DNA of 63,990 bases, the filler included, from an uncultured bacterium (GTDB taxonomy: Bacteria; CAYSBA01), in the NCBI GenBank assembly GCA_964429075.1. It is 16 parts of 16 records of this genome, joined end to end, with 100 filler letters (N's around TTAATTAATTAA, not from the genome) between each part and the next. Parts side by side here need not be neighbours in the genome. Positions count along the whole stretch, not along the records: positions 8,423 to 12,528 come from CAYSBA010000170.1; positions 12,629 to 16,719 come from CAYSBA010000171.1; positions 16,820 to 20,883 come from CAYSBA010000173.1; positions 20,984 to 25,034 come from CAYSBA010000174.1; 12 more parts are not named here. One strand, given 5' to 3'. This document shows, in pieces, positions 10,325 through 21,203 of this stretch. Under the pieces are notes generated by a model that worked only from the letters and a program-made list of their open reading frames with translations, did no database searches and was not told where the DNA came from. Each line of letters opens with the position of its first letter. Positions within the stretch are counted from its first letter, which is position 1. Both the position numbers and the translations under genes were made by a program.

Positions 10325-11283
10325 ACATCATAACCCCATGATTTTAATCTATCTTTTATAAGGTCTGCCCCTGTGCCTTTTGTTGTTAGATAATCACCTA
10401 CCATAGTAGCGTTAGCACCGGCCAATATGGCCATAGAAAAATCCTCTCCAAAGATTAGCTCTTTGCCCCCACAAAGCCTCAGCACTGCATCGGGGATTAC
10501 AAGCCTGAACATTGCAATAATCCTTAATGCCTTCTGTTTACTCAGTCTCTTTGCCCTTGCAAGGGGGGTACCTTCTATTGGGACGAGAAAATTAATGGGG
10601 ATGCTATCTACTGACAGTTCCTTAAGTGTAAAAGCAAGTTCTACTCTATCCTGATCATTCTCACCAATCCCAAAAATACCACCTGAACATGCCTTAATAC
10701 CTCGCTCTTTTATCAACCTTACCGTATTGACTCTGTCTTCATAGCTCTGTGTAGTACAGATCTTTTTAAAATAACTCCTTGAGGTCTCCAGATTGTGGTT
10801 GTAGTGCTTAAGACCGGCATCCTTCAACATGTCGGCCCTATTTTCGTCCAGTATTCCAAGAGAGGCATCTGGTTCAATTGAAAGGTTCTTTTTGATCAAT
10901 TCTATTGCCCTGCAGATCTCTTCGAGTTCCCTCTGGGTAGGTGATTTGCCAGCGGTGACGATCCCGAATCTTTTTGCCCCACATTTTTCAGCTTCAAGGG
11001 CACTTTTATATATCATTTTGTGATCAATCAGGGGGTATTTCTGTATCTCTGCCTTTGAAACTGAAGATTGTGAGCAAAATAGACAATCCTGAGAACATAG
11101 CCCGCTTTTTGCATTAATTATGGCGCATAGATCAATCCTCTTTGAGTAAAATTTTTCTGTAACATTTTTTGTAATCTTCAGTATTTCATTAAATTCTTCT
11201 TCACTACAATTGAGGACAGAAAGTGCCGTTTCCTTATCTATACCACCATCTAAAGCGGATCTTTCGATTTCAATATAATTCAT
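10321..11283 (-). CDS. bioB: Biotin synthase
   Basis: Radical SAM motif CSQDCLFC, YNHNLETS, CSGGIFG, SIPINFL. Confidence 0.95.
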   Translation of the reverse strand: MNYIEIERSALDGGIDKETALSVLNCSEEEFNEILKITKNVTEKFYSKRIDLCAIINAKSGLCSQDCLFCSQSSVSKAEIQKYPLIDHKMIYKSALEAEKCGAKRFGIVTAGKSPTQRELEEICRAIELIKKNLSIEPDASLGILDENRADMLKDAGLKHYNHNLETSRSYFKKICTTQSYEDRVNTVRLIKERGIKACSGGIFGIGENDQDRVELAFTLKELSVDSIPINFLVPIEGTPLARAKRLSKQKALRIIAMFRLVIPDAVLRLCGGKELIFGEDFSMAILAGANATMVGDYLTTKGTGADLIKDRLKSWGYDV

Positions 11284-11745
11284 TCAATACCTCTCCTTAA
11301 GCTCTCTTTCAATCATTCTCTTCTGTTCACGTTCCATAATTATCCTGCGTTTATCCATCTTTGTCCTGCCTCTGGCAAGACCGAGTAAAACCTTAATCAG
11401 ACCCCTTTTGTTTACATAAAACTCAAGTGGAACAAGGGTATAACCCCGCTGGCTTATCTTGCCAAAGAGTCGTTTTATCTCATATTTTTTGAGTAATAGC
11501 TTTCGCTTTCTGAGAGGATCATGTCTTGTAAGTGTATCTTTATTATACTGTGCAATGTGACAGCCTACAAGATAGGCCTCAAGGTTCTCAATAACAGCAT
11601 ATGACTCTTTGAGGCTAACTTTACCCTCTTTTGCAGATTTAACTTCACCACCAGTAAGCACTATTCCTGCTTCAATAGTCTCTTCGATGTTGTAGTTTGC
11701 CCTTGCTTTTCTGTTCGTTGCAAGGATTCTTTTTTGCTGATCCAT
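11284..11745 (-). CDS. smpB: SsrA-binding protein
   Basis: NRKA, EAGIVLTGGEVKS, RKRKLLL. Confidence 0.96.
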   Translation of the reverse strand: MDQQKRILATNRKARANYNIEETIEAGIVLTGGEVKSAKEGKVSLKESYAVIENLEAYLVGCHIAQYNKDTLTRHDPLRKRKLLLKKYEIKRLFGKISQRGYTLVPLEFYVNKRGLIKVLLGLARGRTKMDKRRIIMEREQKRMIERELKERY

Positions 11746-11746
11746 A

Positions 11747-12528
11747 TCAATCGAGTATGATATTATCTATTAATCTGACATTGTCCACGAATATTGCGCC
11801 AAGAGCAACCCCATTTTTAGAAAGATCGATCTCTTTGAGGGTAATTTTGTCTCTTATTTCAAGATAGTCGAGTTTAACACCCTCTGTTTTTTCTATGACT
11901 TTCCTGCCCTCTTCAATTAGCCTCTTTACCTCAGTTAGTCCTGAGTCATGGAGCTGTTTTATTTTACAGAGACTTTGATATAAACAAAGGGCCTTTTGCC
12001 TTTGTTCTCTGTTCAGGTATATGTTCCTTGAACTCATTGCAAGTCCATCTGGCTCTCTAACAATTGGACACTCCACAATTTCGATATCCATTTTGAGATC
12101 GTTGACCATACGTTGAATGGTACGTAGTTGTTGGAAATCTTTCATTCCAAAGGCTGCAAGATGGGGTTTTACTATATTGAACAGGATGGTAACAATGGTT
12201 GTTACTCCCTTGAAGTGGCCAGGTCTTCTCTGCCCGCAGAGACCTTGAGTGATCTCGGTCACCTCTACAAAGGTCTGAAAACCATCTGGGTAGATATCTT
12301 TTGAATCTGGAGTAAAGAGAATATCTACTCCCCGTTTTTCAGCAAGTTCTGAATCGCGATCAATATCACGAGGATAACGGTCAAAGTCTTCACCGGGGCC
12401 AAACTGTGTGGGGTTGACAAATATACTCATTACCAACAGGTCACATCTTTTTCTGATGGCATCTACAAGGGACAGATGACCTTCATGCAGATATCCCATT
12501 GTTGGCACAAATCCTATTGTTTTATGTG
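11747..12528 (-). CDS. panC: Pantoate--beta-alanine ligase (5' truncated)
   Basis: IGFVPTMGYLHEGH, RPGHFKGV, GLAMSSRN, RLIDN. Confidence 0.96.
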
Positions 12529-12628
12529 NNNNNNNNNNNNNNNNNNNNNNNNNNNNNNNNNNNNNNNNNNNNTTAATTAATTAANNNNNNNNNNNNNNNN
12601 NNNNNNNNNNNNNNNNNNNNNNNNNNNN

Positions 12629-12907
12629 ACATCTATCTTTAATAACCCTTCCGATTGTTTTTGAATATCTATCATTACCATGAATAATCTCAGCACCCCA
12701 TCTATTTTGTAGTGTAGAGGCTGAAGCTATGTGATCATGATGTAGATGGGTCAGTAAGATGTGAGATAGATTTAGATTAGAAGTTTCGATAATCTTTGAA
12801 ATGGCATCTCCATAGGTAGATGGATCAATGCAGATGACACTTTTCTGATCATAAAAAATAAGATATGAAAGATTTTGAGTACTGTTCCCGCATATCAAGC
12901 TGATCAT
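12629..12907 (-). CDS. Metallo-beta-lactamase-fold hydrolase, glyoxalase II-like (3' truncated)
   Basis: IDP and THLHHDH motifs. Confidence 0.82.
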
Positions 12908-14193
12908 TATCCAATCCTCATCACTAATCCGGAAGGCAGTTTTGGATAGAAAAAGGTTGATTTCTCAACAAGCTTTTTGCCTGCTGAGATAGTATTTTTA
13001 AATTCATCTGGGGTTATGGCCTTGAGCAAGAATGCTATTGTGTCCTGAGATTCAAAGACATTTCTGAATACAAGATCTATATTTTTTTCATAAGAAATTC
13101 TTAGTTTTTTACTCTGTTCATCTCCCTTTTTGAGACATTTCTTTATTAATATGTTATGCAGCAAGCATACAGCAGGTTCATCCAGTTGATTGTTGTTTTT
13201 GAAAAAGCCCCAGATACCATCCTGAGTAAAGGAAAAGAAAAGAGGATTTTCTTCTTTGAATTCTCTAAAAAGATGAGAAATAAACTCACTGCGGTCACGT
13301 GAGGGAATCGCCCTCTCTATCTTTTTTACCTTAAAGAAGTCTCTGGCACATCCAAGAGCCTGTTCAAATTCCTTTTGTCCAACACCATGCACAACTCTGT
13401 GTATTGGAAGGATAACGAGTCCTTCATCTTCCATACAGGTTATATAAACCATTGTGTAGAGATGGAAATCGCCAAAATCCAGCCCCTCTCTTTTTACGAA
13501 ATCTCTAAACTGAAGGGCAGTTGCAAATCTATGATGACCATCTGCTATGTAGAACGCATGATTCTGATTTATGAGATCTACTATTTTATTGATCAGTGTC
13601 TTATCTGTAACCCGCCATAGACGATTTATAATATTGTTTTCCATTTTGCAGAATATCTCTGCAGGCCCTTTTAGATGCTGCTCAAGCAGTCTGTTAACCC
13701 TGTTTTTAGGGTCGCTGTACAATAAAAATATTGGACTGAAGTTTGCTCTTACATACTGTAGCATCTTAAAACGGTCTTCTATTGGCCCTTTCATTGTTTT
13801 TTCGTGCGGTATTATCATCCCATCTTCGTTAACACTGAGATTCAGTTCACATATAATACCCCTTCTTTTTATCTTTTCACCATCCAGATCAAACATCTGC
13901 TGTAGCGCATATATAGCCGGTGATCCATCTCTTAAAAGTACGTTATCACGCATCCAGAATTCTATGGTTTCTCTTATTGATCTATAATTTTCTTCTGGTA
14001 TGTCATATGAATAGGACCTAGATGCAAGTATTAATCTCACACAGTTTCTTGGATGTTTATCGAATAATTGATCATAAAAAGATGTATCTATAACATCATA
14101 AGGAGGGGCTATCACATTTGATAGGTCTCCAACTACTGCTGGATTGTACAGTACACCTCTAAAAGGTCTAATTACTTCTTTTTTATTCATCAT
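12907..14193 (-). CDS. DUF1015 family protein
   Basis: PPYDVI, PHEKT, YIADGHHR, KSTFFYPKLPSGLV. Confidence 0.88.
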   Translation of the reverse strand: MMNKKEVIRPFRGVLYNPAVVGDLSNVIAPPYDVIDTSFYDQLFDKHPRNCVRLILASRSYSYDIPEENYRSIRETIEFWMRDNVLLRDGSPAIYALQQMFDLDGEKIKRRGIICELNLSVNEDGMIIPHEKTMKGPIEDRFKMLQYVRANFSPIFLLYSDPKNRVNRLLEQHLKGPAEIFCKMENNIINRLWRVTDKTLINKIVDLINQNHAFYIADGHHRFATALQFRDFVKREGLDFGDFHLYTMVYITCMEDEGLVILPIHRVVHGVGQKEFEQALGCARDFFKVKKIERAIPSRDRSEFISHLFREFKEENPLFFSFTQDGIWGFFKNNNQLDEPAVCLLHNILIKKCLKKGDEQSKKLRISYEKNIDLVFRNVFESQDTIAFLLKAITPDEFKNTISAGKKLVEKSTFFYPKLPSGLVMRIG

Positions 14194-14785
14194 TAATCCC
14201 CTCTATCTGAAAAACACCTCTTCTGACAAAAGACCATCGCCCATTGTTAAATCTGATAATAGACGATGGTTCAGAACCCTTTAATGTACCATAGTCTATA
14301 ACAAAGTCCACAGCTTTAATCAATGCATCATTGATGCAGGATGTGACAGCAGGAGGTCTCTCTCCTGATAGATTCGCACTTGTGGCACATATTGGAGCAT
14401 CAACCATCCTGCAAATAGATCTTGTAATGGCAAGAGAGGTTATCCTTATTGCAACCTCAATCCCATCGTTGGCTGCAACAAATCTACTCAATCTTTTTTT
14501 TGAATCAAAAACTATAGAAAGTGGTGCTGGCCAAAATCGGATGAACCTCTCAGCCCTTTTATAACTATCATCAGTCGCTATCTCTCTAACCTGCCTCTTT
14601 GAAGCTGCAATCAGAGGGAACGGTTTATTATTGGTCCTTTTTTTCATCTCTGCAATCCGCGATAGTGCCTCTTCACAGTCGTATCTGGCTGCAATACCAT
14701 AAAATGTCTCTGTGGGTATGATCACAACTCCACCAGACCTTAAGATAAAAGATGCATATCTGAGGGTATCCTCAATGATAATCAT
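14183..14785 (-). CDS. tsaC: Threonylcarbamoyl-AMP synthase (Sua5/YrdC family)
   Basis: PTETFYGI, KKR, ATSANLSG. Confidence 0.88.
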   Translation of the reverse strand: MIIIEDTLRYASFILRSGGVVIIPTETFYGIAARYDCEEALSRIAEMKKRTNNKPFPLIAASKRQVREIATDDSYKRAERFIRFWPAPLSIVFDSKKRLSRFVAANDGIEVAIRITSLAITRSICRMVDAPICATSANLSGERPPAVTSCINDALIKAVDFVIDYGTLKGSEPSSIIRFNNGRWSFVRRGVFQIEGINDE

Positions 14786-15990
14786 GTAACACCTCTTATG
14801 GTTTCAAGGAATGCCTCAACACGAGTCTTTATCCCCTGACTGCTAAAAACTGAGGGATCGTTCATATCGAGTTCAAGGATCAACCCAGGAACATTATACT
14901 GTTTTTCAAGCCTTTCTTTTATAAAGTATTGACCTATTGAATAGGGTTTACAGCTTTTGTTACTGTGAAATACCATCCCATCTAATCTAAATTCTTTAAC
15001 CATATCCAGAAGGATTGATATCCTATCCTGAAGATTACGGTTGATATAGGGCTTTAAATAGGCCTCAGAGAGTGCCTCAAACACATCTCTTTTGTTATTG
15101 GGGTCGACATCCCTTTCCATTGTAGTCCAGGATCGTGTATACGTTGCTATCACAATAGATGATCCCTTTTCAAAAAACATCTCTCCTAGCTTGCGCATAG
15201 CAAACCATACAGGCAGATTGTCCCAGCCAAGTCTAATCTCATGTACATTATTTCCTTCTTTTATAAGATCGTTAAGCTCTTTCAAAAGAGTTTTATAATA
15301 TTCAACACATCTCCTGGTTCCCCTTAGAGTTACTATTGGTGCAAGGTGTATAAATGTATCGAAGGCGTTTATTGGGGAAGGGCTGTATTTTGCAGTATCG
15401 AGGATGCGTCTCCACAGATTGGAGGCTTCTATGGAGAGCCTAACTGTTTCGATAAATCTTTCCCAATCCATCTTTTTGCCTGCAATACTTTCTAAAAACT
15501 CTATATATTGTGTCATTTGAGCTGCTGTTAGTCTTATAGCGTATTTTATCATTCCTTTATGTAAAAAGGGCATATTGAATCTGAAATATGGGCATTTATA
15601 ATACCCAGCAAGATAGCCAAACCACTTAAAAACCGTCCTGCATATATTCCCAGCTGCCACTATTGCATCCGGTCTTGGTAGACCCATAAGGGGGCCACCG
15701 TTTATTTTGTGTACACCAAAATCGGTACGTGAATAGGAACACAGATCCTGTGCAAAGCCAAGGGATGCTGATTCATTCAAAAGGGTAGCACTCTGATGAG
15801 AAGCACCGCACATTGCTGCGTAGTTCTCTGGATATACTGGGATCATGTCAAGGGCATAAACAGGTTCCACAGGAGCACCAGAAGTCAGATATACAATCTT
15901 TTTGCCATTGAAAGAGGCATTCTTGGCCTCAAGATAGTAGGTAAGCATCAGTTCTTTAAGTTTTTTTGAAGACTCAAGTCTTGCCATCAC
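14782..15990 (-). CDS. 2-hydroxyacyl-CoA dehydratase / benzoyl-CoA reductase family subunit (HgdA/BzdO-like)
   Basis: PVYPEN, DLCSY, LPRPD, NICRTVFKW, HSNKSCKPYSIGQ, TRVEAFLE. Confidence 0.85.
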   Translation of the reverse strand: MMARLESSKKLKELMLTYYLEAKNASFNGKKIVYLTSGAPVEPVYALDMIPVYPENYAAMCGASHQSATLLNESASLGFAQDLCSYSRTDFGVHKINGGPLMGLPRPDAIVAAGNICRTVFKWFGYLAGYYKCPYFRFNMPFLHKGMIKYAIRLTAAQMTQYIEFLESIAGKKMDWERFIETVRLSIEASNLWRRILDTAKYSPSPINAFDTFIHLAPIVTLRGTRRCVEYYKTLLKELNDLIKEGNNVHEIRLGWDNLPVWFAMRKLGEMFFEKGSSIVIATYTRSWTTMERDVDPNNKRDVFEALSEAYLKPYINRNLQDRISILLDMVKEFRLDGMVFHSNKSCKPYSIGQYFIKERLEKQYNVPGLILELDMNDPSVFSSQGIKTRVEAFLETIRGVT

Positions 15991-16719
15991 AGCATCTCAA
16001 AAAAGGTTTCAAGACCATCAAAGGCTCTGTTACAATCTTTGACATCGGTTTCAATAGAAAACACAGGAATACCCTCTTCTTTTAACATCCTTTCAATTTG
16101 AGGTATATCAAATCCCTCTGGATCACAGAAAACAGGCCTTGTCAGTATGACTCCATGCGCATTTCTTTCAGATACCATCTTTTTTAAAAACTTAAAACGT
16201 TCAAATGGGCTGTAGGGTGAGGCAAAGAAGGCAGGTCCATTTAGAAAATTCTTTGAGAATTCCTCACAATCAAAGGAATATCTTGATCTGAAAAGCCCTA
16301 CCTCACCATCCAGAGTAAAAATGCCCAAAAGCCCTATCCTTTTTTTGTGTAAAAAGTCATAAATGCTTCTGTTGCCAATAATAACCCCGGATACTATAAC
16401 ATTCTTTTGTGGAATAAAGGTATCGTGATATTCATCCAATTTTTTTAATATGAACTCCGGATCATATTTGAGTCTTTTTAACAGGATATCTATTTTTGTG
16501 ACAGGTGAGATATGTGGGTCTTTTATTAATTCGGTTAGATGCTCATAAACCCCTTTGTATATTTTTTTCAGGGTTAATTTTGCCTTATTGTTATACTTAT
16601 TCCCGATATGTATTGAGAGGTATCGATTAAGGTCGTTAAAGGATTCTCTTGCTACCTGATAACAGACATCTTTTTCTGCCCATATCGGTAATCTGAAAAA
16701 GTATATATTATTCTTCCTT
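15987..16719 (-). CDS. Partner 2-hydroxyacyl-CoA dehydratase-family subunit (HgdB/BzdN-like), 5' truncated
   Basis: FCDPEGFDIP, GIPVFSIETD, LETFFEML. The frame stays open to the contig edge. Confidence 0.75.
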
Positions 16720-16819
16720 NNNNNNNNNNNNNNNNNNNNNNNNNNNNNNNNNNNNNNNNNNNNTTAATTAATTAANNNNNNNNNNNNNNNNNNNNNNNNN
16801 NNNNNNNNNNNNNNNNNNN

Positions 16820-17097
16820 AGAATACTTTGGTTCAAAAAGACAAACAGGATAATAAAAATAAAGAGATAAACAAGATGCAAATATTAGATCTGAAGAATG
16901 TCCCATGTCCTATTAACTATGTTAAGGCAAAATTAAAGCTTGAGACAATGAAGAGTGGTGAAATCTTGGAAGTATTGCTCGATGATGGAGAGCCAATTGA
17001 GAATGTGCCAAGAAGTTTAATGGCTGATGGTCATATGATCGTCAGTAAAAAGAAGATAGATAAGGGACTATATTCTTTGATCGTGCGACGTGCCTAA
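16820..17097 (+). CDS. TusA/SirA-family sulfur carrier (stand-alone from ATG 16876, or the C-terminal domain of a truncated gene)
   Basis: LDLKNVPCPINYVKAK, LDDGEP. Confidence 0.85.
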
Positions 17098-17711
17098 TTA
17101 AAGCGAAAAAGTCTCAAAAGAGTTTTAAATAGTATAAAAAAGTCAAGAATTATCGATTGGTTTTCTATATACTGTTTGTAGAGTTTGATCTTTTGAGGGA
17201 GGATTTTCTTTATATACATCTCTTCAGGGTTCTCAGATCCAGAAAGCAGGCTTTGCTCATCAATAAATTCTATTGTTGCAGGATCTGTTAGACCCGGTTT
17301 GACTTTTAAGATATCTTTATACTCGTTTTTAAATAGTTCTACATACTTTGGTGCCTCTGGTCTCGGACCTACAAGAGAAAGATCTCCAGTAAGGACATTG
17401 ATGAGTTGAGGTAGCTCATCCAGTTTTGTCTTTCTCAGAATCCTGCCAAAAGGTGTGATTCTTGGATCATCAGAAGCTGTAACTTGAGGACCCATTTTCT
17501 CTGCATCCCGAACCATTGTCCTGAATTTGTATATACCTATAATCCTACCATCTTTACCAACCCTTTTGTGCGTAAAAAAAATTGGTCTGCCTGAGGTGAT
17601 GTAAATAAAAAGTGATGTGCCTGCAAAGATAGGTGATACAACGATAAGACCACATAGAGAAAAACCGATATCTATGATGCGTTTTAGGATATCCTCATAC
17701 CGTGAATTCAT
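17094..17711 (-). CDS. Bacterial sugar transferase (initiating phosphoglycosyltransferase)
   Basis: KRIIDI, YKFRTM, DELPQL, SLVGPRP. Confidence 0.92.
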   Translation of the reverse strand: MNSRYEDILKRIIDIGFSLCGLIVVSPIFAGTSLFIYITSGRPIFFTHKRVGKDGRIIGIYKFRTMVRDAEKMGPQVTASDDPRITPFGRILRKTKLDELPQLINVLTGDLSLVGPRPEAPKYVELFKNEYKDILKVKPGLTDPATIEFIDEQSLLSGSENPEEMYIKKILPQKIKLYKQYIENQSIILDFFILFKTLLRLFRFN

Positions 17712-18874
17712 TGCAGCAAATCTTTTATGGTTTTGATAATATATTCAATATGACTATCCTCAAGAGAGGGGTATATTGGTAAAGAAACAATCCTTTCAAA
17801 AAGATACTCGGCACCAGGAAAATTGTTACTGTCTAATTTAAGCTCCTTTCTGTAGAAAGGATGCCTGTGAAGCGGGATAAAATGAACGCTTGTACCGATG
17901 TTTTGATTTTTAAGATCCTCTATAAATCTGTTTCTGCCACCATTAATTGTAGGATCTATGAGTATAACAAAAAGATGCCAGGAGTGAAGAATTTCACTAC
18001 TGTTTAGCCATTTTTTATGAAGGATTGAGATACCCTCTGTATCTGAGAGGCCTTCTATGTATCTTTGTGCTATATAACGGCGTCGATCCCCCATCCAGTC
18101 ACATTTTTTTAGTTGTGTCAGACCGAGTGCGGCCTGTGGATCGGTCATATTATATTTATAGCCCGGACTTACAACTTGATAGAACCAGCTACCCTCTTTT
18201 GTATAACGCTTCCATGAATCTTTATCAATTCCATGAAGACGCATTATTCTCATTCTATTTGCAATTTTGTCGTCCTCAGTGGTTGCCATTCCACCTTCGC
18301 CGATTGCGATGGTTTTTGTTGCATAGAAGCTGAAACAGGTTACATGACCGATAGATCCAACAGGACGCTTTTGACCTCTGTAGGTAATTTGACTTGGCAG
18401 GCAGTGTGCTGCGTCTTCAATTACTTTAAAACCATACTTCTCAGAAAGGTCCATAATTGCATCCATATTACATAAAAGACCACCGTAGTGGACTGGTATA
18501 CAGGCCTTGATTTTGTATTTTTTTACAGTATCTTCTAACATGTTCAGATCTATCAGGCCTGTATTTGGATCAACATCAATTATTATCGGTCTTGCTTTCA
18601 GATAGAAGGTAACCTCTGCAGTTGCTGTGAAGGTTAGATCTGGCACTACAACAAGGTCTCCTTCTCCAATACCCATAGCCTCAAGGGCAAGATGCATTGC
18701 AGCAGTGCAAGAATTTACTGATACTGCATTGGAACTCTTTACATAATTTTTAAAGGCCTGTTCAAATTCGATTACCTTTTTGCCCATTGTAAGCCAGCCT
18801 GCCTCAAGGACCTTTGATACCGCTTCAATATCCTTTTTATCTATATGTGGTCTATGAAAGGGGATAAATTCCAT
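17708..18874 (-). CDS. DegT/DnrJ/EryC1/StrS aminotransferase
   Basis: NSCTAAMHLAL, IEDAAH, FSFYATK, GEGG. Confidence 0.93.
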   Translation of the reverse strand: MEFIPFHRPHIDKKDIEAVSKVLEAGWLTMGKKVIEFEQAFKNYVKSSNAVSVNSCTAAMHLALEAMGIGEGDLVVVPDLTFTATAEVTFYLKARPIIIDVDPNTGLIDLNMLEDTVKKYKIKACIPVHYGGLLCNMDAIMDLSEKYGFKVIEDAAHCLPSQITYRGQKRPVGSIGHVTCFSFYATKTIAIGEGGMATTEDDKIANRMRIMRLHGIDKDSWKRYTKEGSWFYQVVSPGYKYNMTDPQAALGLTQLKKCDWMGDRRRYIAQRYIEGLSDTEGISILHKKWLNSSEILHSWHLFVILIDPTINGGRNRFIEDLKNQNIGTSVHFIPLHRHPFYRKELKLDSNNFPGAEYLFERIVSLPIYPSLEDSHIEYIIKTIKDLLQ

Positions 18875-18988
18875 AAGGTCATAGATAACTCATAAAAACA
18901 AAAAAAGTCAAAGATGTAGAATAAATATGTTTCTACTAAAAATTCAACTCTTGTAATATTTAAAAAAGATTTAAAAGTGGAAAGGATT

Positions 18989-20038
18989 TTAGCAATTTTG
19001 AAATTTTAAGGTGGACTTAAAATGTAATGCTACATTTACAAGACTAATTAAAACAGGAACTTCTACAAGAGGTCCAATTACTGTGGCAAACGCAGCTTGG
19101 GAGTTTACTCCAAAAACAGCTACAGCTACAGCAATTGCAAGCTCAAAATCATTACTTGCAGCAGTAAAAGCTACTGTTGTTGATTTCTCATAAGCAGAAC
19201 CGATCTTTTTAGAAACAAAAAAGGTCAAAAAGAACATTATGACAAAGTAGAGAGTAAATGGTATGGCTACCCTGAGTACGTCAATGGGGAGCTCTACTAT
19301 CTTTTGCCCTTTCAGTGAGAACATTACAAAGATTGTAAATAACAACGCAATTGGGGTAAGGAGTGATAGTCTTGGTATAAAACTGGAAAAATACCAGCTG
19401 TTACCCTTTATTTTTCTTAGTATTATGTTTGTTAATAGTCCTGCCAAAAAGGGTATTCCGAGATATATCATCACTGTCTTTGCAATTTCGAGTATTGATA
19501 CATTTACAATAGCACCTTTGAAACCTACAAGAGGTGGCAAAAAGGTGATAAAAATATAGGCATATAAAGAATAAAAAAAGACCTGAAAAAGTGCATTGAA
19601 AGCAACTAGTCCTGCAGCAAGCTCAGAGTCTCCTTCTGCAAGATCGTTCCATACAAGCACCATAGCAATACACCTTGCAAGCCCAACGAGAATAACTCCA
19701 ACCATCATTGAAGGTCTGTCATGAAGTAGTAGGATGGCAAGGAAAAACATAACAAAGGGACCAATTATCCAGTTTTGTATAATTGAAAGAAAGAGTAATT
19801 TTACATTGGAGAAAACAGAAGGTAGCTTCTCGTATCTTACCTTAGAAAGTGGTGGATACATCATAAGAATAAGACCAATTGCAATTGGTATATTTGTGGT
19901 ACCAGAAGAGAGTCCTGCCCAGAAATCGGTGATTGATGGGATTAAATAGCCTATTAGAACACCGGCAAGCATTGTTAGAAAGATCCATAGTGTCAGGTAT
20001 CTGTCAAAAAAGGAAAGTCTTTTTGAAATGTCTTTCAT
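18989..20038 (-). CDS. acr3: ACR3-family arsenite efflux transporter
   Basis: [35 protein letters not shown]. Confidence 0.95.
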   Translation of the reverse strand: MKDISKRLSFFDRYLTLWIFLTMLAGVLIGYLIPSITDFWAGLSSGTTNIPIAIGLILMMYPPLSKVRYEKLPSVFSNVKLLFLSIIQNWIIGPFVMFFLAILLLHDRPSMMVGVILVGLARCIAMVLVWNDLAEGDSELAAGLVAFNALFQVFFYSLYAYIFITFLPPLVGFKGAIVNVSILEIAKTVMIYLGIPFLAGLLTNIILRKIKGNSWYFSSFIPRLSLLTPIALLFTIFVMFSLKGQKIVELPIDVLRVAIPFTLYFVIMFFLTFFVSKKIGSAYEKSTTVAFTAASNDFELAIAVAVAVFGVNSQAAFATVIGPLVEVPVLISLVNVALHFKSTLKFQNC

Positions 20039-20505
20039 AGTTTTTCCTTTTCATTTTGAAATATCTTATTTATTTCATCTTTTAAATCTAATATGAAGGA
20101 CTTAATGAGGTCTCTAACGACTCTATAGTGATATAGGGCGGCTTCATTATCTTTAGACTTTGATGCAAGAAGAGGAGGATCCGGGAATGATTTATGAATA
20201 TTCTTTATCTTTGCAGGAAAGGTGGGACAGATCTCTTTTGCATGGTCACAGACAGTGACCACAATGTCAAAATCTATATCTGAAATTTCATCTATGGATT
20301 TTGAATATTGATTTGATATATCTACACCAGCCTCTTTCATGACAAATATCGCCCTATTGTCGATTTTTTCAGGCCTTACACCAGCAGAATAGGGCTCTAC
20401 TAAATCACCAATAAGATGCCTTGCCCAGCCTTCAGCCATCTGACTCCTGCAGGAGTTACCAGTACATAAAAAGAGTATTTTTATCTTTGATTTTGAATCT
20501 GACAT
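20035..20505 (-). CDS. arsC: Arsenate reductase (LMW-PTP fold)
   Basis: [22 protein letters not shown]. Confidence 0.92.
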   Translation of the reverse strand: MSDSKSKIKILFLCTGNSCRSQMAEGWARHLIGDLVEPYSAGVRPEKIDNRAIFVMKEAGVDISNQYSKSIDEISDIDFDIVVTVCDHAKEICPTFPAKIKNIHKSFPDPPLLASKSKDNEAALYHYRVVRDLIKSFILDLKDEINKIFQNEKEKL

Positions 20506-20873
20506 AGCTTTTGTTTATCAATCCTTAATATATCTTCCAGAACCTGTTTATCCTTTTCTAACCTTTCAGATGTCTTAAGTGACTCTGAAAGCCATATAAG
20601 TACTTTTTTTACAACAGGCTCTGGGTTTTCTTCAATAAAGTAAAATACCCATCTGCCCTCCTTTCGCATGTTCACAATTCCTGCCTGTTTAAGTAAAGAC
20701 ATATGCTTGGAGACAGTTGAAGGTGCAAGTTTTAAAAGTTCAACTATCTGACAGATACACAACTCAGCCTTTCGCAGGGCCATCACTATTCTTACCCTAT
20801 TTTCATCAGATAGTGCCTTTGTTATAAGCAATAATCTTTCTAAGGTGTAATCTTTCATTTTGTTATTTGGCAA
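20481..20873 (-). CDS. arsR: ArsR/SmtB metalloregulator
   Basis: KALSDENR, ELCICQI, STVSKH. Heads arsC-acr3. Confidence 0.9.
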   Translation of the reverse strand: MPNNKMKDYTLERLLLITKALSDENRVRIVMALRKAELCICQIVELLKLAPSTVSKHMSLLKQAGIVNMRKEGRWVFYFIEENPEPVVKKVLIWLSESLKTSERLEKDKQVLEDILRIDKQKLCQIQNQR

Positions 20874-20983
20874 AATATAATAANNNNNNNNNNNNNNNNN
20901 NNNNNNNNNNNNNNNNNNNNNNNNNNNTTAATTAATTAANNNNNNNNNNNNNNNNNNNNNNNNNNNNNNNNNNNNNNNNNNNN

Positions 20984-21203
20984 AGACTACGGTACCTTTT
21001 ACATTGATATCCTTTTGAGAACCGGGCAGTCTGAATGATAGATCTATGGTTGATCCAAGCATCAGTGGCTCATTTGTTTTAATAAATAGTCCTCCTGCTC
21101 CGATATTCTCTGTATAGACATATAGTGGAACATCATTCCACGTGTATCTAACCTTAATCTTAACATCAACCCTCTGATACTCTCTGTTATCAAGTAGCAA
21201 CAA
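20984..21203 (-). CDS. PilZ-domain protein (3' truncated)
   Basis: RxxxR (REYQR) and NIGAGGLFI motifs. Confidence 0.8.
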
